A model generated the notes under the pieces. That model had not been told where the DNA came from and did not search any database. It worked only from the letters and a program-made list of their open reading frames with translations. Both the position numbers and the translations under genes were made by a program. 46,322 bases of DNA from Pirellulales bacterium (GTDB taxonomy: Bacteria > Planctomycetota > Planctomycetia > Pirellulales > UBA1268): NCBI GenBank assembly GCA_044346905.1, contig JBIIYH010000001.1, positions 1 to 46,322 of the forward strand, in the 5' to 3' direction. Below are positions 18,808 to 27,109 of the stretch, piece after piece. The first letter of the stretch is position 1. Each line of letters opens with the position of its first letter.

Positions 18808-19548
18808 ATGGCCCTGATCACCCTCGACGACGTGGCGGTGGAGTACCCGGTGTTCGGGGCCGACGGGGAGTCGCTGAAGAAAACCCTGACCGCGGCGGCC
18901 ACGGGGGGACGGATCGGCCGCGGCACCGGGATCACCGTCGTCGAGGCCCTCCGCGACATCTCGTTCGAGCTTCGCGACGGCGCCCGGCTCGGGCTGGTGG
19001 GCCACAACGGTTCCGGCAAATCGACGCTCCTGCAGACGCTCGCCGGCGTCTACCCGCCGACCCGGGGCCGGTATTTCCACGAGGGCTCGATCGCCAGCCT
19101 CGTCAATCCGATGCTCGGGATCGAGCGGGAGGCGACGGGCTACGAAAACATCATGATCCGCGGCCTCGTGCTCGGGCTCAACCGCCGCACGATCCGGGGC
19201 CTCACCCCCGAGATCGCCGAGTTCAGCGGGCTGGGCGACTACCTCCACATGCCGGTGCACACCTACTCGACCGGGATGCTGATGCGGCTGGCGTTCGCGA
19301 TCACGACCAGCGTGCGGGCCGACATCCTCCTGATGGACGAGTGGCTCTCCGTCGGCGATGCGGAGTTCCGCCTGCGGGCCGAGGAGCGGATCCGGGAGCT
19401 CGTGGCGCAGAGCGGGATCCTGGTGATCGCCTCCCACTCGGCGGAGTTGATCGCCCGGGAGTGCAATCGCGTGATCGAGCTTTCCCACGGGGCGATCGTG
19501 CGGGACGAGCCGCGCGTGAGCCAAGCGGCGGTTACCTCAGCGGAGTGA
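18808..19548 (+). CDS. wzt: polysaccharide ABC exporter ATP-binding protein (Wzt/KpsT/TagH-like), short form
   Basis: 246 aa. Walker A GHNGSGKST, signature YSTGMLMRL, Walker B ILLMDE. Ends right after the NBD, with no C-terminal carbohydrate-binding extension. Confidence 0.9.
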   Translation: MALITLDDVAVEYPVFGADGESLKKTLTAAATGGRIGRGTGITVVEALRDISFELRDGARLGLVGHNGSGKSTLLQTLAGVYPPTRGRYFHEGSIASLVNPMLGIEREATGYENIMIRGLVLGLNRRTIRGLTPEIAEFSGLGDYLHMPVHTYSTGMLMRLAFAITTSVRADILLMDEWLSVGDAEFRLRAEERIRELVAQSGILVIASHSAELIARECNRVIELSHGAIVRDEPRVSQAAVTSAE

Positions 19549-21039
19549 CCGGCGCCGGCCTGCCGCGGCCGCCTGGATCCGGCCGGTCATGTCCTGTCGC
19601 AGCGACTCGTGGATCCTCCGTTCCGCTTCGAGTTGGGCGGCGAGATCGTCGCGTTCACCCGCCAGCAGATCGGCCTCTCGCTCGTGCCGCTCGGCCAGCG
19701 ACCTGGCCTCGGCGACAGCCGACTCGAGCTGTCGGATGGTCGCCTGGAGTCGTCCGATGGTCGCGTCGCGGTCGGCCGCGGCGTCTTCGAGCCGGCCGCG
19801 GGTCGACTCCGCCGCGGTCAGTCTCCGGCGGGCCTCGGCTTGTTCCCGCTCGTGCCCGGCCCGTGTCTCCGTCGCCTCGGCCTGCATCCGGCTCAGGGCC
19901 GCCGTCGCCTCGGCTGCCTGGGTTGCCAGGGCCTCGCAGCGGGTCGCCAGGCCGCCGTGGGCCGCGTGCAGACGGTCGATTTGCCGCTCCAGTTCCAGAC
20001 AGCGGTCTTCGGCGGCCGTGCGGCCACGCGCTTGTTCGTTGCGGTCGGCTTGGAGCCACGCCAGGTCGGCGGCGAGCGTCGCGGCCCGCGAGAGCGCCTC
20101 AGCCCGCACGGACTGTTCACCGAGGAGCGCCCGCTCGGCCCGCTCGGCCGCCTGGCGGGCGCTGGCCTCGCGGGCGGCGGCGGCGGCCTGGTCCGCCACC
20201 GCACGGCAGCCCGCAGCCCACTCGGCGAGCCCGGCTGCTGCGATCGCCGCCGGCGGCAGCACCCCGCCCGGGAGAGCCGGATCGTCGCCCCCGCCCAGCC
20301 GGAGCAGTTCCCGGTACAGCTCGCAGGCCTCCGGCCGCACCGCCTGCACCAGCCCTGCCCGCCGGGCAGGCGGTCCCCGCCGGAGCCGCCCGGGCTCGTA
20401 ACGCGGCCCGGGCGTGCCCAGAGCCGTGTCCAAAAGGGTCGCTACGTCGGCCACCAGGCCGACCGGATCGGTGACGACTCGCGAGAGATTCACGACGAGC
20501 GACCGCCGCGGCTCGCGCCGAACGAAGTCGAGGATCCGGCTGTGGTAGGCCACCCACACGTCCACGGCATGCCGCGGATCGAAACCGATCGCGGGATCAC
20601 CGCACCGAAAGAGCGAGTCCACGACCTCCTCAGGCGGCCGCACCACGAACAGCCAGCGGGCCTCGGGGACGAGAGTCGCCCAAAAGTCGAGGAACAGGGT
20701 CGTGCGGGGATCCTTCCAGCCCCAGGGCTGGCCGGCGTGCCGGCGGCAGCGGACCAGTTCGGCGGCCTGTTGTCGTGCCGAGACCGGAATCTCGATCGTT
20801 TCCCGGCAGGTAAAACCCTCGCCCGCCAGGCCGTTGGCCGCCAACACCTGCCGGTGCAGGGTCTGGAACTCGGGGTCCTCGAACGGCCCGAGCGAATCAG
20901 GGCGGGCCGCCGGCACCGGGTCGGGGCCGAGGGACACGCCCCCCGCGGCCACGAGTGAAGCCGCCAGCGACATGCCCGAGCGGTGCATGCCCGCGATCAC
21001 GACGGCCGGCGGGAACTCCGGGACCAGCTGGCCTGCCAT
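19537..21039 (-). CDS. sulfotransferase-domain protein with ~200-aa C-terminal coiled coil
   Basis: 500 aa. 5'-PSB-like VIAGMHRSGMSL and 3'-PB-like VVRPPEEVVDSL, plus WGWKDPR. The C-terminal ~215 aa are Ala/Arg/Glu/Leu-rich and heptad-like. Paralogous to the N-terminus of the 28557-34742 ORF. Confidence 0.75.
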   Translation of the reverse strand: MAGQLVPEFPPAVVIAGMHRSGMSLAASLVAAGGVSLGPDPVPAARPDSLGPFEDPEFQTLHRQVLAANGLAGEGFTCRETIEIPVSARQQAAELVRCRRHAGQPWGWKDPRTTLFLDFWATLVPEARWLFVVRPPEEVVDSLFRCGDPAIGFDPRHAVDVWVAYHSRILDFVRREPRRSLVVNLSRVVTDPVGLVADVATLLDTALGTPGPRYEPGRLRRGPPARRAGLVQAVRPEACELYRELLRLGGGDDPALPGGVLPPAAIAAAGLAEWAAGCRAVADQAAAAAREASARQAAERAERALLGEQSVRAEALSRAATLAADLAWLQADRNEQARGRTAAEDRCLELERQIDRLHAAHGGLATRCEALATQAAEATAALSRMQAEATETRAGHEREQAEARRRLTAAESTRGRLEDAAADRDATIGRLQATIRQLESAVAEARSLAERHEREADLLAGERDDLAAQLEAERRIHESLRQDMTGRIQAAAAGRRRSLR

Positions 21040-21295
21040 TGGGTCGCCTCCGCCGCGCGGTCGATCTCGCCGCGATCTTTCCAGCCCGGCGGATGGGCGT
21101 CAACGCCGGCCCGGGCCGCCTCTGGCCCGCACGCATCCCAACCTGTGCCTGCCCCGTGAACAGCCCAGCCTCTGCCCGTTCCATGAACCGCCGGGTTCGG
21201 CGGCGACCTTGACCTCGGTCGCCCGGGCCGTGTACCAGCCCCTGGCAGGCCCGCCCCGTTCAGGGCGACCGTTCTTCCCGCGCGAGTGTCACGGC

Positions 21296-23095
21296 ATGTC
21301 CGGCCCGTCCGAGTCTGACCTGCGGCCCTATTTCGACAGCCGCTGGTATGCCGCCACCTACGGGCCGGGCAGGCGGCGGGTCCGCTGGCGGCCCTGGCGG
21401 TATTACCGCCGCCGCGGCTGGCGAAAGGGGCATGCTCCCTGCCAGCTGTTCGATGCCGCCTGGTACCTCGCCAGCCATGCCGACGTGAGATCGGCGGGCC
21501 TCGAGCCACTGGCGCATTACGTCGAGCACGGCTGGCGGGAGGGTCGCCAGCCGCACCCGCTCTTCGATCCCTCGTGGTACGCCGACCGGTATCCCGACGT
21601 CGTGAGCAGCGGCCTCGAGCCGCTCCTGCACTATCTCACGGCGGGCTGCCGAGAGGGCCGGCAGCCCCATCCGGCCTTCGATGCAGCCAGCTACATCGCG
21701 GCGAATCCCGACGTGGCGGCAGCGGGCCTCGACCCCCTGGCCCATTACCTCGAGTACGGCTGGCGGGAGGGTCGCCGGCCGCACCCGCTCTTCGACATCG
21801 GCTGGTATCTCGACCGCAATCCCGACGTGGCGGTCGCGGGCCTCGAGCCGCTCTCACATTTTCTCAGTCGCGGCCGGGAGGAAGGCCGCGCAGCGGCTCC
21901 CGGCTTTTCGCCGGCCGGTTCACCTGCCGCTCGGCCGCAGCCACCCGCCACTGGCCCCGTCAATCGTGGCCAGGTGCGGGCGATCGCGATGTACCTGCCC
22001 CAGTTCCACCGGATCGCGGAGAACGACGCCTGGTGGGGCGAGGGTTTCACGGAGTGGACCAACGTCCGCCGGGCTCGGCCGATGTTCGCGGGCCACCAGC
22101 AGCCGCACGTGCCGCATCCCGACCTCGGCTACTACGACCTCGATGACGAGACCGTGCTCGAGCGGCAGGCCGAGATGGCCCGCCGCCACGGGATCCACGG
22201 GTTCTGCTTCTACCACTACTGGTTCGCCGGCCGGCGGATCCTCGAGAAGCCGGTCGAGCGGCTCTTGGCGAGCGGCCGGCCCGATATCCCCTTCTGCGTC
22301 TGCTGGGCCAATGAGAACTGGACGCGGTCCTGGGACGGGCTCGACCGCGAGGTGCTGCTCGAGCAGCGGCACTCGGCGGACGGCGACGAGCGGTTCCTGC
22401 GCGACCTCTTGCCGGCGGTGCGCGATCCCCGCTACATCACCGTCGAGGGCCGACCGCTCCTGATCGTCTACAGGCCGGGCCTGCTCGCCGAACCGGCGGC
22501 CACCGCGGAACGGTGGCGGCGGATCGCCGAGCGGGAGGGTCTGCCGGGGCTGCACCTGGCTGCCGTGCACGCCTTCGACCAGGCCGATCCGCGGAGCTAT
22601 GGCTTCGACGCGGCGATCCAGTTTCCGCCCCTGCAGATCCCCGCCGCCAACCTCCGCGACACGGGCCTCGGCGGGCTGGACCGCCGCTTCCGCGGGGGTG
22701 TGCTCGACTACCGCGAGGCGGTCTGCCACTCGCTCGCCCGGCCCGCGGCCGACTACCCGCTCTACCGCGGCGTGATGCCCGGCTGGGACAACACGCCCCG
22801 GCGGATGGAGCGGGCCACCGCCTGGGTCAACTCCTCGCCCGAGCTCTACGGCCGCTGGCTGCGGGGCGCGGTCGAGCAGATGCAGCGGGAGCAGCCCCCC
22901 GAGCGGCAGCTCGTGTTCATCAACGCCTGGAACGAGTGGGCCGAGGGGGCCCACCTCGAGCCCGACGTGCGGCACGGCTACCGGGTGCTGGAGGAGACGG
23001 CGGCGGCGCTCCTGCCGCGGGCCGCGGGGCGGCGGCCCGAGCCGGTGGCCGTGGAGTCGGGTGCCCAGGCGAGCCGGGGGCGCCAAGCGGCCTGA
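21296..23095 (+). CDS. five 38-aa tandem repeats fused to a WbsX-family (PF14307-like) glycan biosynthesis domain
   Basis: 599 aa from ATG 21296. Repeats follow FDxxWYxxxxPDVxxAGLEPLxHYxxxGxxEGRxPHP. The C-terminal part has YLPQFHRI.ENDAWWGEGFTEWTNV and CWANENWTR.WDG, hallmarks of WbsX. Confidence 0.85.
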   Translation: MSGPSESDLRPYFDSRWYAATYGPGRRRVRWRPWRYYRRRGWRKGHAPCQLFDAAWYLASHADVRSAGLEPLAHYVEHGWREGRQPHPLFDPSWYADRYPDVVSSGLEPLLHYLTAGCREGRQPHPAFDAASYIAANPDVAAAGLDPLAHYLEYGWREGRRPHPLFDIGWYLDRNPDVAVAGLEPLSHFLSRGREEGRAAAPGFSPAGSPAARPQPPATGPVNRGQVRAIAMYLPQFHRIAENDAWWGEGFTEWTNVRRARPMFAGHQQPHVPHPDLGYYDLDDETVLERQAEMARRHGIHGFCFYHYWFAGRRILEKPVERLLASGRPDIPFCVCWANENWTRSWDGLDREVLLEQRHSADGDERFLRDLLPAVRDPRYITVEGRPLLIVYRPGLLAEPAATAERWRRIAEREGLPGLHLAAVHAFDQADPRSYGFDAAIQFPPLQIPAANLRDTGLGGLDRRFRGGVLDYREAVCHSLARPAADYPLYRGVMPGWDNTPRRMERATAWVNSSPELYGRWLRGAVEQMQREQPPERQLVFINAWNEWAEGAHLEPDVRHGYRVLEETAAALLPRAAGRRPEPVAVESGAQASRGRQAA

Positions 23096-23122
23096 CGGGA
23101 GTATTCGCTCAGCGGTATCGCC

Positions 23123-23836
23123 ATGGCCGTCCGCATCCATCAGATCTTCTACGCCGACGCCCAGCGCGGGCTTCTCGACCCGGCGTTCATTCCGTACGAC
23201 AACCGGGAAAACCCGCGGCCCGAGTGGCGGGAGTATCACGTGTTCCGCACGGAGTGGCTGGCCGGCCGCTGCGGCTCGGGCGACGTGACGGGCTTCGTCT
23301 CGTGGAAGTTCGGCGCCAAGACCGGTGTCGCCGGTCGGACGTTCAGGGAGTTCATCGAGCAGAATCCAGGCCACGACCTGTATTTCGTCCATCCGCACCG
23401 GGTCGAGCCGCGACCTTTCACCGGCCTCTGGCAGCAGGCCGAGGTCCACCACCCCGGGATCACCGGCCTGGCCCAGCGGATCCTGGATGCCGTCGGGGTC
23501 GCCGTCGATCTGGCAACGCTCGAACAGCCCCGGGAGCAGATCCTGTTCTGCAACTATTGGGCGGGCACGCGGAAGTTCTGGGACGAGTACATGGCCCTCT
23601 GCGAGCCGGTCCACCGCCACATCCTCGAGGGGCTTGGCCCCGCCGACCGGGAGTTTGCCTGGTCCCGGGCTGACCGGGAGATCGACGCCCCCTACGTGCC
23701 CTTCATCATGGAGCGGCTGTGCAGCACGCTGCTCGCCCTCCGACCGGAAATTCGCTTCCTCGGCCTGCCGGCCCCCGTCGGCCGCTCCGCCCGGCGGCCT
23801 TGGTGGCGCCGGATCATCTCGCGCCGGGCCGCCTGA
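23123..23836 (+). CDS. hypothetical protein (237 aa), glycan-locus associated
   Basis: Clean ORF 28 nt after the WbsX gene. MAVRIHQIFYAD...FIPYDN...YWAG. I recognise no family. The 3' end overlaps the convergent membrane gene by 23 nt. Confidence 0.6.
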   Translation: MAVRIHQIFYADAQRGLLDPAFIPYDNRENPRPEWREYHVFRTEWLAGRCGSGDVTGFVSWKFGAKTGVAGRTFREFIEQNPGHDLYFVHPHRVEPRPFTGLWQQAEVHHPGITGLAQRILDAVGVAVDLATLEQPREQILFCNYWAGTRKFWDEYMALCEPVHRHILEGLGPADREFAWSRADREIDAPYVPFIMERLCSTLLALRPEIRFLGLPAPVGRSARRPWWRRIISRRAA

Positions 23837-26084
23837 ACGTCTCCGGTCGGCGGCTCACGACGGGCAGCACGAGCGCGGCTGCCACCACGAGGGCCGAGAC
23901 GTCGATCGTCAGGGCATGCATGAGCGGGTGAATCAGCCACACGATGCCGAAATACAGGAGCTGTGCGGTGAGCAAGACCGTGAGGAGCCGGGGCGATCGC
24001 CGGGCCAGGCAGATGGCCCCGCCGATCGCCAGACCGAACCACGCGGCAGTCGGCAGATGGTGCAGCATCGGCGACGCAAGACAGACGAGCAAATAGGTCA
24101 CCAGACTGACGAGCGACAGCAGGATCAGGATCCGAGCGGCGGAATCCGCCGCCGGCGGTCTGTTTTGGACCAGGGCCAAGGCGGCCAGTGTGCAGACCGT
24201 CACCCAGACAGCGGCGTTTCCATACGTCGGCACATGGAAGTCCCAGGCTCGCAGGAGGCCCATCCTGAATGCGTCACGCCCGGTGACCCGCAGGGCCTGG
24301 GCGGGGGCCGATCGCAGGGGCATGATCGCATCGACGACCATCTCGCGCTTGAGCCACAGCCAGCCCGTCAGGGTCATGCCGGCGTAGCGTTCTCGGACGA
24401 GGTCGCCTACCGACAGCTCCGGGCGATCGAAGCCAAAAGATTCCGTCAGGGCGTATTTGGTGACGGGATCGTTGCTGGGAAGGAGGATTCGCTTGAATGC
24501 CGCCCAGCTGCCGAGGAGCAGGCTGGCAATCAGACAGCCCCCGAGCACCGGCCTCCAGGCTTGGCGGGTGAGCCCGGTCAAGAACAGGAGGGCCAGCGGA
24601 GCGAGAAAAAACGCCGTGCCGGCATGGGCCAAGAGGCTGAGGGCCGCCAGAGCCGCCACGCCGAGAATCCGAGCCGCTGATCCCGGCAGCCGCCGCCATT
24701 CGTCGATGACCAGGCCGAAGCAGGCCAGTGAGAGGGCCGCCCCAAAGGCCTTCGGCCAGCCGTACGACGTGGTGAAAAATGAGTAGGGGACCGTGGCTGC
24801 AAAACAGGTGATCAGCAACGCCTGTCGCTGCGGCAGATCGGGTGCGAGTTTGCGGACAATCCAGTAGGCAACTGGAATCCAGAGTGCGTTGAGCGCGATG
24901 CCGGCGGTGTTATAGAGCACCCCCGTCAGGTAGTTGCCGTCGTTGAACGCCTGTGATGCCGCGACGACATCGCCGATCAGGAGATAGGCGGCCGCCATCA
25001 GCGGCGGCCGGTCGGTCGGTCGCCACTGCCCGCCGAACAGCGTCGCGAGCGGATCACCGTGGCGAATGCCCTCCGCAAACCGCCACGGGAGTTCGTGATC
25101 AGTCGACCATGTCGCCGGCCAGAAGCGATAGTTCGGCTCCCAGTGCCCCGTGCCCGTGTTCGTCGCCCCGCTCACCGCCGCGATGAGCAGCGTGGTGAAG
25201 ACCCACACGGATCCATATGGCCGCAGCAGGCCCCAGGCCCGCTCCCGGGGTTGGCGACCCACCATCCACAGCGTTGCGGCCGCAGCCAGTCCGGCTGCAC
25301 CACAGGCCAGGCGCACCGCCGTGGCCGGGAGGATTCCCCAGATCTGGAGAGTGACCGAGAGATAGAAGACGGCCAAGGCGGTCACAGCCAGGAATACGAG
25401 GGCCAGCGGAAGCGCGAGATCCTCGCGGCCGGCACGGACTGCCACCCCGGCCCCGGTGGACAGCAGGAATCCCCAGATCGCCATCGCGGTGCACAGGACT
25501 GCCAGCCGGCCTGCAAAGCTGCCCTTCAGCCAAGCAAGCCAACTTGCGGCGAACACGCTGCCGGTTCCCGAGTTGCAGTCGCCGGTGCTCTGCAACCGCA
25601 GCCTGGTTTCGGAGCCGACCCACTGCGGAGGCACGGCCACGAGAACGTCGTTGAAACTGGAATGCGTGCTGCCGAAGTACACCGGCTTGCGTTGGCCGCT
25701 GGCGACATGCTCGAGCCAGATGGCGGCCGGACCGCCTGTCCCGCTCGAGCTCCCGGTGACCGGGATCGAGAGCACGGGCGGTGCCCGAAACGGAGGCGAC
25801 GTGAGGGCGAGCGGCAGGTCGCCACTGGACGGGGTCCACACCCGCCAGAATCTCGTGTCGGAGTTCAGCCGGACGGAGTCCCGCAGGAAATGGCCCGCAT
25901 GATGGAGGCCCCCGAGCATCACGCTCTGCTCGGGGTGCCCCTCGACGAACCAATCGGAGGCCGGAGTCAGAAGCCGCGCAGCCGGTTCCGGCCACAGCGC
26001 CACCGCCGCCGCCGCCAGCACGATCCCGGCCAGCCACCGTCCAGATTGCTCTCCGCAGGGACCGGCCATGCTCCCGGCCCCCAT
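23814..26084 (-). CDS. large polytopic membrane protein, GT-C-like (ArnT/PMT_2-type) glycosyltransferase candidate
   Basis: 756 aa. After an N-terminal ~190 aa with one hydrophobic segment come many hydrophobic segments. The loop motif TDRPPLMAAAYLL resembles the D-x-P-P-L loop of ArnT/PMT_2 enzymes. The CDS call is solid and the function is tentative. Confidence 0.6.
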   Translation of the reverse strand: MGAGSMAGPCGEQSGRWLAGIVLAAAAVALWPEPAARLLTPASDWFVEGHPEQSVMLGGLHHAGHFLRDSVRLNSDTRFWRVWTPSSGDLPLALTSPPFRAPPVLSIPVTGSSSGTGGPAAIWLEHVASGQRKPVYFGSTHSSFNDVLVAVPPQWVGSETRLRLQSTGDCNSGTGSVFAASWLAWLKGSFAGRLAVLCTAMAIWGFLLSTGAGVAVRAGREDLALPLALVFLAVTALAVFYLSVTLQIWGILPATAVRLACGAAGLAAAATLWMVGRQPRERAWGLLRPYGSVWVFTTLLIAAVSGATNTGTGHWEPNYRFWPATWSTDHELPWRFAEGIRHGDPLATLFGGQWRPTDRPPLMAAAYLLIGDVVAASQAFNDGNYLTGVLYNTAGIALNALWIPVAYWIVRKLAPDLPQRQALLITCFAATVPYSFFTTSYGWPKAFGAALSLACFGLVIDEWRRLPGSAARILGVAALAALSLLAHAGTAFFLAPLALLFLTGLTRQAWRPVLGGCLIASLLLGSWAAFKRILLPSNDPVTKYALTESFGFDRPELSVGDLVRERYAGMTLTGWLWLKREMVVDAIMPLRSAPAQALRVTGRDAFRMGLLRAWDFHVPTYGNAAVWVTVCTLAALALVQNRPPAADSAARILILLSLVSLVTYLLVCLASPMLHHLPTAAWFGLAIGGAICLARRSPRLLTVLLTAQLLYFGIVWLIHPLMHALTIDVSALVVAAALVLPVVSRRPETFRRPGAR

Positions 26085-27109
26085 CAGGCATCGCGGCGGA
26101 GCCAGAGGCTGCCGCCGACGTTTCGCAGGAGCGTCGGCGCATGCCGCTCGAACCAGCCCCGATCCCGGCGGACCAGGCAGTTGGCGAACAGCATGATCGA
26201 GAAGCAGCGGTTGTATTGGAGGAAGGCCCGCACCGCGTAGGCCTCGTTCCAGGCCCGCCCCTCGTCGAGCCAGGTGGTGGGATACTCGAACGGCCAGAAA
26301 ATGTCGTGGATGTGGATCACCACACCCGGCACCAGGGCCGGCAGCGCCTCGAACAGCAGGCGGCAGACGTCGCTGCCCGCCTTGAGCACGTGGGTCGAAT
26401 CGATGAACAGGATGTCATTGGGCTCGAGCGTCCTGAAGACGCCGAGGTCGGCCTCCTGGACGATCTGCGGACGGATGGCCCAGGTTGGATCGCCCGGCTT
26501 CATCAGGCTCTTGAGCAGGTCCGGGTAGGGTTCCAGGAACGTGAAATCGACGCTCCGGCCCAGGTGGAACTCGTCCACGTCGAGCATCAGCGCTGAACTG
26601 TGGCCGGAGCCCACTTCCACGATCCGCCGCGGTCGCAGGTGCCGCATCAACGCCTGCAGGACGACCGCATCGCCCGGGCCGAAGGAGGGATTGGTGAATC
26701 CGTACCGCCGTCCGCCGGCCGGCTCATCGGCGAGGCCGCCCGATTCGAGCAGTGGTTGGAGTTCCTCCAGCAGGGCCCACTGTCGCTCGATGCCAAGGTC
26801 GATCCCCGGAAGGTCTGACGGCGCGGCCTGGTAGTTGGCCAGGGCCCGAAGCCGATCGTCGGCCGAGGGAAGCGCCGAGTAGAAATGTCCGGCCGGGACG
26901 AACTCGGCCGGCGGCTCGCCCGGAGCAACGGGCTGGGCCACCCCCTGCCGCTGCCGATATTCCGGGCTTTCCAAAAAGTCGAGCATCAACTGCTGCCGCG
27001 ACATAGCCCGGTCGCTGAGGGCGACCAAGTAGTGATGCAGTCCGCGGACGTCGGGCTCGCGGCCCAGGATCCGCTGGTAACAAAAGGCGATGAACTCGCG
27101 GTCGTTCAT
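26084..27109 (-). CDS. DUF4214-like N-terminal domain fused to a class I SAM-dependent methyltransferase
   Basis: 341 aa. N-terminus FIAFCYQRILGREPDVRGLHHYLVAL....SRQQLMLDFLESPEY (DUF4214 pattern). Motif I RIVEVGSGHSS, then FIDSTH. ATGA and TGATG overlaps with both neighbours. Confidence 0.75.
   Translation of the reverse strand: MNDREFIAFCYQRILGREPDVRGLHHYLVALSDRAMSRQQLMLDFLESPEYRQRQGVAQPVAPGEPPAEFVPAGHFYSALPSADDRLRALANYQAAPSDLPGIDLGIERQWALLEELQPLLESGGLADEPAGGRRYGFTNPSFGPGDAVVLQALMRHLRPRRIVEVGSGHSSALMLDVDEFHLGRSVDFTFLEPYPDLLKSLMKPGDPTWAIRPQIVQEADLGVFRTLEPNDILFIDSTHVLKAGSDVCRLLFEALPALVPGVVIHIHDIFWPFEYPTTWLDEGRAWNEAYAVRAFLQYNRCFSIMLFANCLVRRDRGWFERHAPTLLRNVGGSLWLRRDA

Noticed and set aside
20702-21295. 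Upstream 198-aa extension of the WbsX-repeat ORF (track start 20702)
   Set aside because: It overlaps the 5' end of the divergent sulfotransferase gene on the opposite strand. The first ATG clear of that gene is 21296, just before the repeat array.
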